Shown here: piece by piece, positions 25,601-40,500 of the stretch
Layout: each line of letters begins with the position of its first letter
Position numbering within the stretch: the first letter of the stretch is position 1
Source of the DNA: Owenia fusiformis
Taxonomy: Eukaryota
NCBI GenBank assembly: GCA_903813345.2
Contig: CAIIXF020000001.1
Coordinates: 24,676,001-24,740,000, forward strand
Direction of reading: 5' to 3'
DNA: 64,000 nt
Notes under the pieces: model-generated
What the model saw: only the letters and a program-made list of their open reading frames with translations
What the model was told of the DNA's origin: nothing
Database searches by the model: none
Translations under genes and position numbers: made by a program

Positions 25601-28600
25601 GCAACAACGGATGTTGTTACAACAACAGTTGCTGACACAACTAAAGTGGCTGACGCAACTACGTCAGATACTGCAGCAGCTGATGCTACAACTACAGAGG
25701 CTGACAAACCTACAGCTGATGCTACAACAACAGTTGCCGATGCAACAACAGCTGATGTTACAACAACAGTTGCTGACACAACTACAGTGGCTGACGCAAC
25801 TACGGCAGATACTGCAGCAGCTGATGCTACAACTACAGAGGCTTACACACCTACAGCTGATGCTACAACAACAGTTGCTGATGCAACAACGGCTGTTGTT
25901 ACAACAACAGTTGCTGACACAACTACAGTGGCTGACACAACTGCGGCAGATACTACAGCAGCTGATGCTACAAGTACAGTGGCTGACACAACGGCAGCTG
26001 ATGCTACAACAACAGTTTCTGATTCAACAACGGCTGATGTTACAATAACAGTAGCTGACACAACTACAGTGGCTGACGCAACTACAGCAGATACTACAGC
26101 AGCTGATGCTACAAGTACAGTGGCTGACACAACTACAGCTGATGCTACAACAACAGTTGCTGATGCAACAACAGCTGATGTTACAACAACAGTTGCTGAC
26201 ACAACTCCAGTGGCTGACGCATTTACGGCAGATACTACCACAGCTGATGCTACAAGTACAGTGGCTGACACAGCTACAGCTGATGCTTCAACAACAGTTG
26301 CTGATGCAACAATGGCTGATGTTACACCAACAGTAGCTGACTCAACTACAGTGGCTGATGCAACTACGGCAGATACTACAGCAACTGATGCTAGAACTAC
26401 AGTGGCTGACACAACTATAGCTGATGCTGCAACAGCAGTTGCTGATGTAAAAACGGCTGATGTTACAAAGACAGTTGCTGACACAACTACAGTGGCTGAC
26501 GCAACTACGGCACATACTACAGCAGCTGATGCTACAAGTACAGTGGCTGACACAACTACAGCTGATGCTACAACAACAGTTGCTGATGCAACAACGGCTG
26601 ATGTTACAACAACAGTAGCTGACACAACTACAGTGGCTGACACAACTACGGCAGATACTACAGCAGCTGATGCTACAACTTCAGTGGCTGACACAACTAT
26701 AGCTGATGATACAACAACAGTTGCTGATGCAACAACGACTGATGTTACAACAACACTAGCTGACACAACTATAGTGGCTGACGCAACTACGGCAGATACT
26801 AAAGCAGCTGATGCTACAACTACAGTGGCTGACACAACTACAGCTGATGCTACAACAACAGTTGCTGATGCAACAACAGCTGACGTTACAACAACAGTTG
26901 CTGACACAACTACAAGGGCTGATACAACTACGGCAGATACTACAGCAGCTGATGCTACAAGTACAGTGGCTGACACAACTACAGCTGATGCTACAACAAC
27001 AGTTGCTGATGCAACAACGGTTGATGTTACAACAACAGTTGCTGACACAACTACAGTGGCTGACGCAACCACGGCAGATACTACAGCAGCTGATGCTCTA
27101 ACTACAGTGGCTGACACAACTACAGCTGATGCTTTAGCAACAGTTGCTGATGCAACAAAGGCTGATGTTACAACAACAGTTGCTGACCCAACTACAGTGG
27201 CTGACGCAACTACGGCAGATACTACAGCAGCTGATGCTACAACTACAGAAGCTGACACAACTATAGCTGATGCTACAACAACAGTTGCCGATGCAACAAC
27301 GGCTGATGTTACAATAATAATAGCTGACACAACTGCAGTGGCTGACGCAACTACGGCAGATACTACAGCAGCTGATGCTACAAGTACAGTGGATGACACA
27401 ACTACAGCTGATGCTACAACAACAGTTGCTGATGCAACAACGGCTGATGTTGCAACAACAGTAGCTGATACAACAACAGTGGCGGACACAACTACGGGAG
27501 ATACTACAGCAGCTGATGCTACAACTACAGTGGCTGATACTAATAGAGCTGATGCTACAACAACAATTGCTGATGCAACATCGGCTGATGTTACAACAAC
27601 AGTTGCTGACACAAATACAGTGGTTGACGCAACTAGGGCAGATACTACAGCAGCTGATGCTACAACTACAGAGGCTGACACAACTACAGCTGATGCTACA
27701 ACAACAGTTGCTGATGCAACAACGGCTGATGTTACAACAACAGTTGCTGACACAACTACAGTGGCTGACACAACTACGGCAGATACTACAGCAGCTGATG
27801 CTACAAGTACAGTGGCTGACACAACTACAGCTGATGCTACAACAACAGTTGCTGATGCAACAACAGCTGATGTTACAACAACAGTTGCTGACACAACTAC
27901 AGTGACTGACGCAACTACGGCAGATACTACAGCAGCTGATGCTACAACTACAGTGTCTGACACAACTACAGCTGATGCTACAACAACAGTTGCTGGTGCA
28001 TCAACGGCTGATGTTACAACAACAGTATCTGATACAACTACAGTGGCTGACGCAACTACGGCAGATACTACAGCAGCTGATGCTACAACTACAGTGGCTG
28101 ATACAACTAAAGCTGCTGCTATGACAACGGTTGCAGATGCAACAACGGCTGATGTTACTACAACTACAGCTGGTGCTATAACAACAGTTGCTGATGAAAC
28201 AACGGCTGATTTTACAACAACAGTTGCTGACACAACTACAGTGGTTGACGGAACTACGGCAGATACTGCAGCAGCTGATGTTACAACTACAGAGGCTGAC
28301 ACACCTACAGAAGATGCTACAACAACAGTTGCTGATTCAACAACAGCTGATGCTACAACAACAGTTGCTGACACAACTACAGTGGCTGACGCAACTACGG
28401 CAGATACTACAGCAGCTGATGCTACAAGTACAGTGGCTGGCACAACTGCAGCTGACACAACTGCAACGGTTGCTGATTCAACAACGGCTGATGTTACAAC
28501 AACAGTTGCTGACACAACTACAGTAGCTGACGCAGCTACGGCAGATACAACAGCATCTGATGCTACAAGTACAGTGGCTGATACAACTACAGCTGATGCT

Positions 28601-31045
28601 ACAACAACAGTTGCTGATGCAACAACGGCTGATGTTACAACAACAGTAGCTGATACAACTACAGTGGCTGACGCAACTACGGCAGATACTGCAGCAGCTG
28701 ATGCTACAACTACAGTGGCTGATACAACTACAGCTGCCGCTACAACAACAGATGCAGATGCAACAACGGCTGATGTTACAACAACAGTTGCTGACACAAC
28801 TACATTGGCTGACGCAGCTACGGCAGATACAACAGCAGCTGATGCTACAAGTATAGTGGCTAATACAACTACAGCTGATGCTACAACAACAGTTGTTGAT
28901 GCAACAAAGGCTGATGTTACTACAACTACAGCTGGTGCTATAACAACAGTTGCTTATGAAACAACGGCTGATGTTACAACAACAGTTGCTGACACAACTA
29001 CAGTGGTTGACGAAACTACGGCAGATACTGCAGCAGCTGATGCCATAACTACAGAGGCTGACACACCTACATCTGATGCTACAACAACAGTTGCTGATTC
29101 AACAACGGCTGATGTTACAACAACAGTTGCTGACACAACTACAGTGGCTGACGCAACTACGGCAGATACTACCGCAGCTGATGCTACAAGTACAGTGGGT
29201 GACACAACTACAGCTGATGCTACAACAACAGTTGCTGATGCAACAACAGTGGCTGATGCAACTACGGCAGATACTACAGCACCTGATGCTAGAACTACAG
29301 TGGCTGACACAAGTACAGCTGATGCTACAACAACAGTTGCTGATGTAACAACGGTTGATGTTACAACAACAGTTGCTGACACAACTACAGTGGCTGATGC
29401 AACTACGGCAGATACTACAGCCGCTGATGCTACAAGTACAGTGGCTGACAAAACTACAGCTGATGCTACAACTATAGTTGCTATTGCAACAACGGCTGAT
29501 GTTAAAACAGCAGCATCTGACACAACTACAGTGGTTGACGCAACTACGGCAGATACTTCAGCAGCTGATGCTACAAGTATAGTGGCTGACACAACTACAG
29601 CTGATGCTACAACAACAGTTGCTGATGCAATAACGGCTGATGTTACACCAACAGTAGCTGACACGACAACAGTGGCTGACGCAACTACGGCAAATACTAC
29701 AGCAGCTGATGCTGCAACTACAGTGGCTGACACAACTACAGCTGATGCTACAACAACAGTTACTGATGTAACAACGGTTGTTGTTACAACAACAATTGCT
29801 GACACAACTACAGTGGCTGACGCAACAACGGCAGATACTACAGCAGGTGATGCTACAAGTACAGTGGCTGATACAACTACAGCTGCTGCTACAACAACGG
29901 TTGCAGATGCAACAACGGCTGATGTTACAACAACAGTTGCTGACACAACTACAGTGGCTGACGCAGCTACGGCAGATACAACAGCAGCTGATGCTACAAG
30001 TACAGTGGCTTTTACAACTACAGCTGATGCTACAACAACAGTTAATGATGCAACAACGGCTGATGTTACAACAACAGTGGCTTACGCAACTACGGCAGAT
30101 ACTACAGCAGCTGATGCTGCAACTACAGTGGCTGACACAACTACAGCTGATGCTACAACAACAGTTGCTGATGTAACAACGGTTGATGTTACAACAACAG
30201 TTGCTGACACAACTACAGTGGCTGACGCAACTACGGCAGATACTACAGCAGCTGATGCTACAACTACATTGGCTGACACAACTACAGCTGATTCTTTAAC
30301 AACAATTGCTGATGCAACAACGTCTGATGTTACAACAATAGTTGCTGACACTACTACAGTGGATGAAGCAACTTCGGCAGATTCTACAGCATCTGATGGT
30401 ACAACTACATTGGCTGACACAATTACAGCTGATACTTCAACAACAATTGCTGATTCAACAACGACTGATGTTACATTAACACTAGCTGACACAGCTACAG
30501 TGGCTGACACAATTACAGCTTATGCTATAGCAACAGCTGCTGATGCAACAACGGCTGTTGATACACCAACTGCAGTGGCTGACGCAAGTACGGCAGATAC
30601 TACAGCGGCTGATCCTATTAATGCTACAGTGGCTGACACAACTACAGCTGATGGTACAACAACAGCTGCTGATGCAACAACGGGTGGTGTTACGACACTA
30701 GCTGAGTTAACTTTAGTGCCTGACACAACTACATCAGATGCCACAGTTATAGTGGCTGACACAACTATAGCTGATGCTATATCAACAGTTACTGTTGAAA
30801 CTACGGCTGATGCGACAACAACATTTGCTGACACAATTACAGTGGCTGACACAACTACGGCTGGTGCAACAACAACAATCTCGATATCTGATCTAACCAC
30901 AATAAGTTCTATGCTTTACATCGTTCAACTAAAGGGGGCTGTCAGAATAACACAATACATGGGGGAAGTTGCCGAGTATAATTCTACGCTTGAAGACCCG
31001 ACGTCATATTTCTACTCTAAACTGTCGTTTGACGCATGTGGAGAG
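22638..31045 (+). CDS. Exon A2 (8,408 bp): 47-aa Thr/Ala/Asp/Val repeats plus N-half of SEA domain 2
   Basis: Acceptor CTTATTTTAG ends at 22637 (phase 1, in frame with the EGF exon and ORF 22649-31060). Donor GAG|GTAATG at 31046. Confidence 0.9.
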
Positions 31046-31153
31046 GTAATGTTTGTGTGAATTAATAATGACAAATGTTTGTTATTTCTCAATTGGCATT
31101 ATGAAAGTATTACATGTACATGTCACGTTTTATGTGTAAATCTTGGTTTTTAG

Positions 31154-31373
31154 ATCACTACTACATTTACTTCTTCGACATATTCCTCGATTTACATATC
31201 CTGTTCGATAACTGGATTTTTGTCTGGCAGTGTTCTTGCAAGTTTTACGTTGGATTTCGAACAAGAGGTTGAGAGTACGTTGAACTCTTCCAACGCGCAA
31301 AGTGAGCTTTCTGACAATATAGGAAAGTCTTCAACAACTATAGTATTCGACTCATCAACTACGATAATATCAG
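31154..31373 (+). CDS. Exon B2: C-half of SEA domain 2 (GFLSGSVLA)
   Basis: 220 bp, same splice sites and phases as B1, near-identical translation. Confidence 0.9.
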
Positions 31374-33330
31374 GTAATTGGTCGGTATGTTTGTGTAAAA
31401 TGGCTCATTTGGTTATCATTTTTGATTTATTACACATTGTAATATGCGATGGTAATTAATTCATTGGGTATTCTGTGGGATTGAATATAAATTAATTTCA
31501 AGCGACGATATCATATAGACCTAATCATAATATGAAATTGAGCAAGGAATCAATGAGAACAAGTGTCAAAATGATATTACCCAAGTCATTATATTATCCG
31601 AAATAAAATAAATATTAAATTTTACCAAAATAACCTGTTTATTACATATTAAATAATCCCTTGGAACAATATAGCCTTGCCCAAGTCTATTATCTTTTAT
31701 TTATCTTGATTTTCAATTGTATACAGCCGTGTTGCATCCATTCTAGCTCAACTGATATTATGATAAGTTATTCAATGGTTTCGAGATTTCCATAATTCCA
31801 CAATGCTTATAGGAAACATACAAGGAAATTGCAATGCATGTAATGCGAATATCAAATTACAGGGTGAGCCAAAAAGATGACCCAAACAAATGTTCCAACA
31901 CAGGCTTAAATCATATTTAGCACAAATGAACTTTGTTCCATGTTTCTTCATTCCGTTAAATTTCACCAGTCTTTCTTTAATGGCCACGACTTTATGGCCA
32001 TTTTGAAAAACATCTTAAAGATCAACAAACCAAAAGCTGGGAATGAATCCACTCTCAAAAAGATGACTATTTTCTGCGAACAATGAATCACACATTTGTA
32101 CTAGAAGTATAGCTATTTGACCCAAATTCCCATCATCTCGACCTCCCCCTCTTCATTATAAAACAAACCCCTAGGCCCTGGGAAAATTGAACCCCCTTGG
32201 TAAATCCTGGCTGCACCCCAGGAGAAGCATTTGAGAGTTGAAACAAGAGATAAAAAGATAGAGATGTCTGTCTGTGAGCATGTTAACGAGCTAATTCACC
32301 AGCTGTGCGTTCAAATTCACCTTCAATGATGAGACTGGCATTTAGAGGATGTTTTGTAAAATAGCCATGAAATCGCCGTGGCCATTTGAAATATACCAAT
32401 GTAGCTTGTAGTTAGAATGGACGAACATTGAACAAAGAAGGAGGGAAAGTATAGCAACAGATATCGGACAGTCATATGTTGGATTTTGGATATTTTCTAA
32501 GAATTTAAACAGGTGCATACGATAGGCCAATGCATTAACCCAATGAAATATATAAGCACAAGTGCCAAAGGGAAAGGACCAAAAGTTGTAATGAAACTTA
32601 GTAAGAAAAAGCAAACTCTAAGTGCATACCAGTCAAGAAAAACAAACCCCATATAGCCCAAAACCATGATCTAACGTGAAAAGAAACAATGTCTAATACC
32701 CCCTTTCCCCCACCATTCAAGAACCAATATCACAATCCAAGACCAGAAGACCAAGGGACATTTCATTCATACTGAAGTCATTACAATACATATTGAAGAA
32801 AAAATTAGAAATTGATAGCCAATTGATAGCCAACACTCATAACCTCAAAAATAGTTGTAGATACAAGTACTCATACAAGATAGGGCAAATGATGTGGAAT
32901 AGATAAAATCCAGTCTCCAAGTCTCCAGCACTCATAGAGATGATAAAATAATTTTGACTTGGAGGCAGTGAAAATGCAAACAAGCAACCTACATGTTTTT
33001 TCTAAAATGTTTTCCTGATTTTTAACCCCTTCCAGCCGTGCTTTTTTAAATTTTCTTGCATCAAAATGTTGTGTTTTGACACACAGTTAACACCTTTAAA
33101 GGAATAAGTGATTCCTTCGATCGGGGGTTCTAAAGATGTATATATGATGGGTGACTAAAATTAGCTGAAAGAAATTGAACGCATGAGTTTTCCTTTTTGG
33201 GAAAATAACAAGGGAAATATTGTTTTCCACTTTATCTTAAATGAATTCCTTATTCCTTATTCCCTTATTCCTTTAGTTGCTAATAAAGATCTAGAATTCA
33301 TTTCTAATTTTTTAAAAACGAACATTGCAG

Positions 33331-33471
33331 ATGTTAACGAATGTACAGAAAACAGCGACAACTGTTCTGCATATGCAACATGTACCAATACAGATGGTGG
33401 TTACACATGTACCTGTTTGGAGGGATACACAGACGCATCGCAAATTGGGCATACTGGGCGAATTTGTTTAG
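33331..33471 (+). CDS. Exon C2: calcium-binding EGF-like domain 2
   Basis: Same translation and splice sites as C1; visible inside ORF 33183-33557. Confidence 0.95.
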   Translation: MLTNVQKTATTVLHMQHVPIQMVVTHVPVWRDTQTHRKLGILGEFV

Positions 33472-34519
33472 GTCAGTGTCTTAGAATAATATCATTAAAT
33501 GAACTTATTCACTGGCAAGTGGTGACCCTACGCCGCAGCATATTAGTACTGGTTTAATGGAATGTTCAGCTTCAGAATTTATATGTTTCGTTAGTTAGTT
33601 TGAACTTCATATATTCCTAGAAAGATCGCAGGAAAGACATTACATTTTCTGATTTCTTCTCTGGCTGATATTAATGAGGATACCACCTAATCATAAAATG
33701 TCCATCCTTAATGATTCATAACATAACATGGCTATAGACTGAATTAAAAATGGGACTTTTTGACATTTCTTATATATTAATATGTTGTTGCATGCTTTAT
33801 ATTTGTAACACCTTTGCTACATAATTAGCTAGTTCATAATAGACAAACACATTCAAAGCTTTCACTATTTAAATTTCCAGTGTGAAAAAATTGTAAGATA
33901 TTTTTGGAAACAATACAGCCTCTAGATTCCATTCTCTTGTTTTCAGTTTGTTTAAGTTTGAAGCATAAATATGTCATAATCATTTTAAGATAAAAATATA
34001 AGCTTTAACATAAGTAGATTTACGCCTCCGGTAAATAACCTCCTTAAAAGGCTTTAATATGAAACATTTTTGGTTGAAGACATCATGATATTTGTAGAAA
34101 ATATCAGGGATGGATCTTGAAATCAACATGTTGGGAGGGGGGGGGGATTCCATGTCTGATAACAATTTGGGCCCCTCAAACAAAAAATGGGCCAAATTTT
34201 TAAGATTTAAGGTTTGACAAATTGGCATAAAATTACTAAATTAGTCCTAAAAAGGCGCAGTAATGCCCAAAAGGATAAATAATCGGGGCTTAAAGAGATT
34301 TCTGGGCCCAGGCAAGGAGGGGCAAGACAACTTCCCAGATCGGCCAGTCAAAATATTTATTGTGATCAAACTAGGATATCATCAAAAATGTTCATCAGCT
34401 AGGTCAATTTAGTTCTAAAACCAGGTAAAAATATCAAAGTTTTCATGATAGGCTTAGCATAAGATTTTTATACATTTAAAAGAATTGCATTTATGAAAAA
34501 GGCGATGTTATTATTTTAG

Positions 34520-37500
34520 CTGACTCTACGATGGCTAATGCAACTACAATGGCTGACGCAACTACGGGAGATACTGCAGCAGCTGATGCTACAACTACAG
34601 TGGCTGACACAACTACAGCTGATGCTACAACAACATTTGCTGATGCAACTATGACTGATGTTACAACAACAGAAGTTGACACAATTACAGTGGCTGACAG
34701 AACGACGGCAGATTCTACAGCAGCTGATCTTACAACTACAGTGGCTGACCAAACTACAGCTGATGCTACAACAACAGTTACTGATGCAACAACGACTCAT
34801 GTAATAACAACAGTAGCTGATACAACTATAGTGGCTGACGCAACTACGGCAGATACTACAGCAGCTGATGTTACAACTACAGTGGCTTACACAACTACAT
34901 CTGATGCTACAACAACAGTTTCTGATGCAACAACGGCTGATAATACAGGAACAGTAGCTAACACAACTACAGTGACTGACGCAACTACGGCATATACTAC
35001 AGCAGCTGATGCTACAAGTACAGTGGCTGATACTACTACAGCTGATCCTACAACAACAGTTGCTGATGCAACGACGGCTGATGTTACAACAACAGTAGCT
35101 GACACAACTACAGTGGCTGGCGCAACTACGGCAGATACTACAGCAGCTGATGCTACAAGTACAGTGGCTGATACTACTACAGCTGATCCTACAACAACAG
35201 TTGCTGATGCAACGACGGCTGATGTTACAACAACAGTAGCTGACACAACTACAGTGGCTGACGCAACTACGGCAGATACTACAGCAGCTGATGGTACAAG
35301 TACAGTAGCTGACACAACTACAGTTGATGCTACAACAAAAGTTGCTGATGCAATAACATATGATGTTACAACAACAGTAGCTGACACAACTAATGTGGCT
35401 GACGCAACTACGGCAGATACTACAGCAGCTGATGCTACAACTACAGTGAATGACACAACTACAGTTGATGCTACAACAACAGTTGCTGATGCAACAACGG
35501 CTGATGTTACAACAACAGTAGCTGACACAACTACAGTGGCTGACGCAACTACGGCAGATACTACAGCAGCTTATGCTACAACTACAGTTGCTGACACAAC
35601 TACAGCTGATGCTACAACAACAGTTGTTGATGTAACAGCGGCAGACGCAACTACGGCAGATACTACAGTAGCTGATGTTACAAGTACAGTGGCTGACACA
35701 ACTACAGGTGATGCTACAACAGTTGCTGATGCAACAACGGCCGATGTTACAACAACAGTAGCTGACACAACTACAGTGGCTGATGCAACTACGGCAGATA
35801 CTACAGCAGCTGATGCTACAAGTACAATGGCTGACACAAATACAGCTGATGCTACAACAACAGTTGCTGATGCAACAACGGCTGATAATACAGGAACTGT
35901 TGCTAACAAAACTACAGTGACTGACACAACTACGGCATATACTACAGCAGCTGATGCTACAACTAAAATGGCTGACACAACTACAGCTGATGCTACATCA
36001 ATAGTTGCTGTTACAACAACGGCTGATGTAACAACAACAGTAGCTGACACATTAACTGTGGCTGACGCAACTGCGGCAGATACTACAGTAGCTGATGACA
36101 CAACAACAGCTGATGCTACAACAACAGTTGCTGATAAAACAACAGCTGATGTTACAAAAACAGTTGCTGACACAACTACAGTGACTGACGCAAATACGGC
36201 AGTTACTACAGCAGCTGATGCTACAACTACAATTGCTGATTTAACAACATATGATGTTACAACAACAGTAGCTGACACAACTAATGTGGCTGACGCAACT
36301 ACGGCAGATACTACAGCAGCTGATGCTGACACATTTACTGTGGCTGACGCAACTACGGCAGATACTACAGTAGCTGATGACACAACAACAGCTGATGCTT
36401 CAACAACAGTTGCTGATGCAACAACATATGATGTTACAACAACAGTAGCTGACACAACTAATGTGGCTGACGCAACTACGGCAGATACTACAGCAGCTGA
36501 TGCTACAACTACAGTGAATGACACAACTACAGCTGATGCTACAAAAACAGTTGCTGATGCAACAACGGCTGATGTTACAACAACAGTAGCTGACACAACT
36601 ACAGTGGCTGACGCAACTACGGCAGATACTACAGCAGCTGATGCTACAAGTACAGTGGCTGACACAACTACAGCTGATGCTACAACAACAGTTGCTGATG
36701 CAACGACGGCTGATGTTACAACAACAGTAGCTGACACAACTACAGTGGCTGGCGCAACTACGGTAGATACTACAGCAGCTGATGCTACAAGTACAGTGGC
36801 AGACACTACTACAGCTGATGCTACAACAACAGTTGCTAATGCAACAACGGCTGATGTTACAACAACAGTAGCTGACACAAGTACAGTAGCTGACACAACT
36901 ACAGTTGATGCTACAACAACAGTTGCTGATGCAACAACATATGATGTTACAACAACAGTAGCTGACACAACTAATGTGGCTGACGCAACTACGGCAGATA
37001 CTACAGCAGCTGATGCTGATACATTTACTGTGGCTGACGCAACTACGGCAGATACTACAGTAGCTGATGACACAACAACAGCTGATGCTACAACAACAGT
37101 TGCTGATGCAACAACATATGATGTTACAACAACAGTAGCTGACACAACTAATGTGGCTGACGCAACTACGGCAGATACTACAGCAGCTGATGCTACAACT
37201 ACAGTGGCTGACACAACTACAGCTGATGCTACAACAACAGTTGCTGATGCAAAAACGGCTGATGTTACAACAACAGTTGCTGACACAAATACAGCTGATG
37301 CTACAACAACAGTTGCTGATGCAACAACCGCTGATGTTACAATAACAGTAGCTGACACAACTACAGTGGCTGGCGCAACTACGGTAGATACTACAGCAGC
37401 TGATGCTACAAGTACAGTGGCAGATACTACTACAGCTGATGCTACAACAACAGTTGCTAATGCAACAACGGCTGATGTTACAACAACAGTAGCTGACACA

Positions 37501-40500
37501 ACTACAGTGGCTGACATAACTACAGTTGATGCTACAACAACAGTTGCTGATGCAACAACGGCTGATGTTACAACAACAGTTTCTGACACAACTACAGCGA
37601 CTGAGGCAACTACGGCAGATACTACAGCAGCATACATTACAACTACAGTTGCTGACACAACTACAGCTGATGCTACAACAACAGTTGCTGATGTAACAGC
37701 GGCTGATGTTACAACAACAGTTGCTGACACAACTACAGTGGCTGACGCAACTACGGTAGATACTACAGCAGCTGATGCTACAAGTTCAGTGGCTGACACT
37801 ACTACAGCTGATGCTACAACAACAGTTGCTGATGCAACAACGGCTGATGTTACAACAACAGTAGCTGACACAACTACAGTGGCTGACATAACTACAGTTG
37901 ATGCTACAACAACAGTTGCTGATGCAACAACGGCTGATGTTACAACAACAGTTTCTGACACAACTACAGCGACTGAGGCAACTACGGCAGATGCTACAGC
38001 AGCTGACATTACAACTACAGTGGCTGAGACAACTACAGCTGATGCTACAACAACAGTAGCTGACACAACTACAGTGGCTGACGCGACTACTGCAGATACT
38101 ACAGCAGCTGATGCTTCAACTACAGTGGCTGACACAACTACAGCTGATGCTACAACAACAGTTGCTGATGCAACAAAGGCTGATGTTACAACAACAGTAG
38201 CTGACAAAACTACAGTGGCTGACGCAACTACGACAGATACTACAGCAGCTGATGCTACAACAACAGTTGCTGACACAACTACATTTGCTGACGCAACTAC
38301 GGCAGATACTACAGTAGCGGATGCTACAACTACAGTGGCTGACACAACTACAGCTGATGCTACAACAACAGTTGCTGATGCATCAACGGCTGATATTACA
38401 ACAACAGTTGCTGACACAACTACAGTGGCTGACACAACTACGACAGATACTACAACAGCTGATGCTACGACTATAGTGGCTGACACAACTACAGCTGATG
38501 CTACAACAACAGTTGCTGATGCAACAACGGCTGATGTTACAACAACAGTAGCTGACACAACTACAGTGGCTGACGCAACTACGGCAGATACTACAGAAGC
38601 TGATGCTACAACTACAGTGGCTGACACAACTACAGCTGATGCTACAACAACAGTTGCTGATGCAACAACGGCTGATGTTACAACAACAGTAGCTGACACA
38701 ACTACAGTGGCTGACGCAACTACGGCAGATACTGCAGCAGCTGATGCTACAACTACAGTGGCTGACACAACTACAGCTGATGCTACAACAACAGTTGCTG
38801 ATGCAACAACGGCTGATGTTACAACAACAGTAGCTGACACAACTACAGTGGCTGACGCAACTACGGCAGATACTGCAGCAGCTGATGCTACAAGTACAGT
38901 GGCTGACACAACTACAGCTGATGCTACAACAACAGTTGCTGATGCAACAACGGCTGATGTTACAACAACAGTAGCTGACACAACTACAGTGGCTGACGCA
39001 ACTACGGCAGATACTACAGCAGCTGATGCTACAACTACAGTAGCTGACACAACTACAGCAGATGCTACAACAACAGTTGCTGATGCAACAACGGCTGATG
39101 TTACAACAACAGTAGCTGACACAACTACAGTGGCTGACGCAACTACGGCAGATACTACAGCAGCTGATGCAACAAGTACAGTGGCTGACACAACTACAGC
39201 TGATGCTACAACAGCAGTTGCTGATGCAATAACGGCTGATGTTACAACAACAGTAGCTGACACAACTACAGTGGCTGACGCAACTACGGCAGATACTACA
39301 GCAGCTGATGCTACAACTACAGTGGCTGACACAACTACAGCTGATGCTACTACAACAGTTGCTGATGCAACAACGGCTGATGTTACAACAACAGTAGCTG
39401 ACACAACTACAGTGGCTGATGCAACTACGGCAGATACTACAGCAGCTGATGCTACAACTACAGTGGATGACACTACTTCAGCTGATGCTACAACAACTGT
39501 TGCTGATGTAACAGCGGCTGATGTTACAACAACAGTTGCTGACACAACTACGGAAGATTTTACAGCAGCTGATGCTACAAGTACAGGGGCTGACACATCT
39601 ACAGCTGATGCTACAACAACAGTTGCTGATGCAACAACGGCTGATATTACAATAACAGTAGCTGACGCAACTACAACAGTGGCTGACGCAACTACGGCAG
39701 ATACTACAGCAGCTGATGCTACAAGTACAGTGGCTGACACAACTACAGCTAATGCTACAACAACAGATGCTGATGCAACAACGGCTGATGTTACAACAAC
39801 AGTAGCTGACACAACTACAGTGGCTGACGCAACTACGGCAGATACTACAGCAGCTGATGCTACAAGTACAGTGGCTGACACACCTACAGCTGATGCTACA
39901 ACAACAGTTGTTGATGCAACAACGGCTGATGTTACAACAACAGTAGCTGACACAACTACAGTAGCTGACACAACAACGGCAGATACTACAGCAGCTGATG
40001 CTACAAGTACATTGGCTGACACAACTACAGCTGATGCTACAACAACAGTTGCTGATGCAACAACTACAGCTGATGTTACAACAACAGTAGCTGACACAAC
40101 TACAGTGGCTGACGCAACTACGGCAGATACTACAGCAGCTGATGCTACAACTACAGTGGCTGACTCAACTACAGCTGATGCTACAACAACAGTTGCCGAT
40201 GCAACAGCGGCTGATGTTACAACAACAGTTGCTGACACAACTTCAGTGGCTGACGCAACTACCGCAGATACTACAGCAGCTGATGCTACAAGTACAGTGG
40301 CTGACACAACTACAGCAGATGCTACAACAACAGTTGCTGATGTAACAACGGCTGATGTTACAACAACAGTAGCTGACACAACTACAGTGGTTGACGCAAC
40401 TACGGCAGATACTACAGCAGCTGATGCTACAACTACAGTGGCTGATACAACTACAGCTGATGCTACAACACCAGTTGCTGATGCAACAACGGCTGATGTT

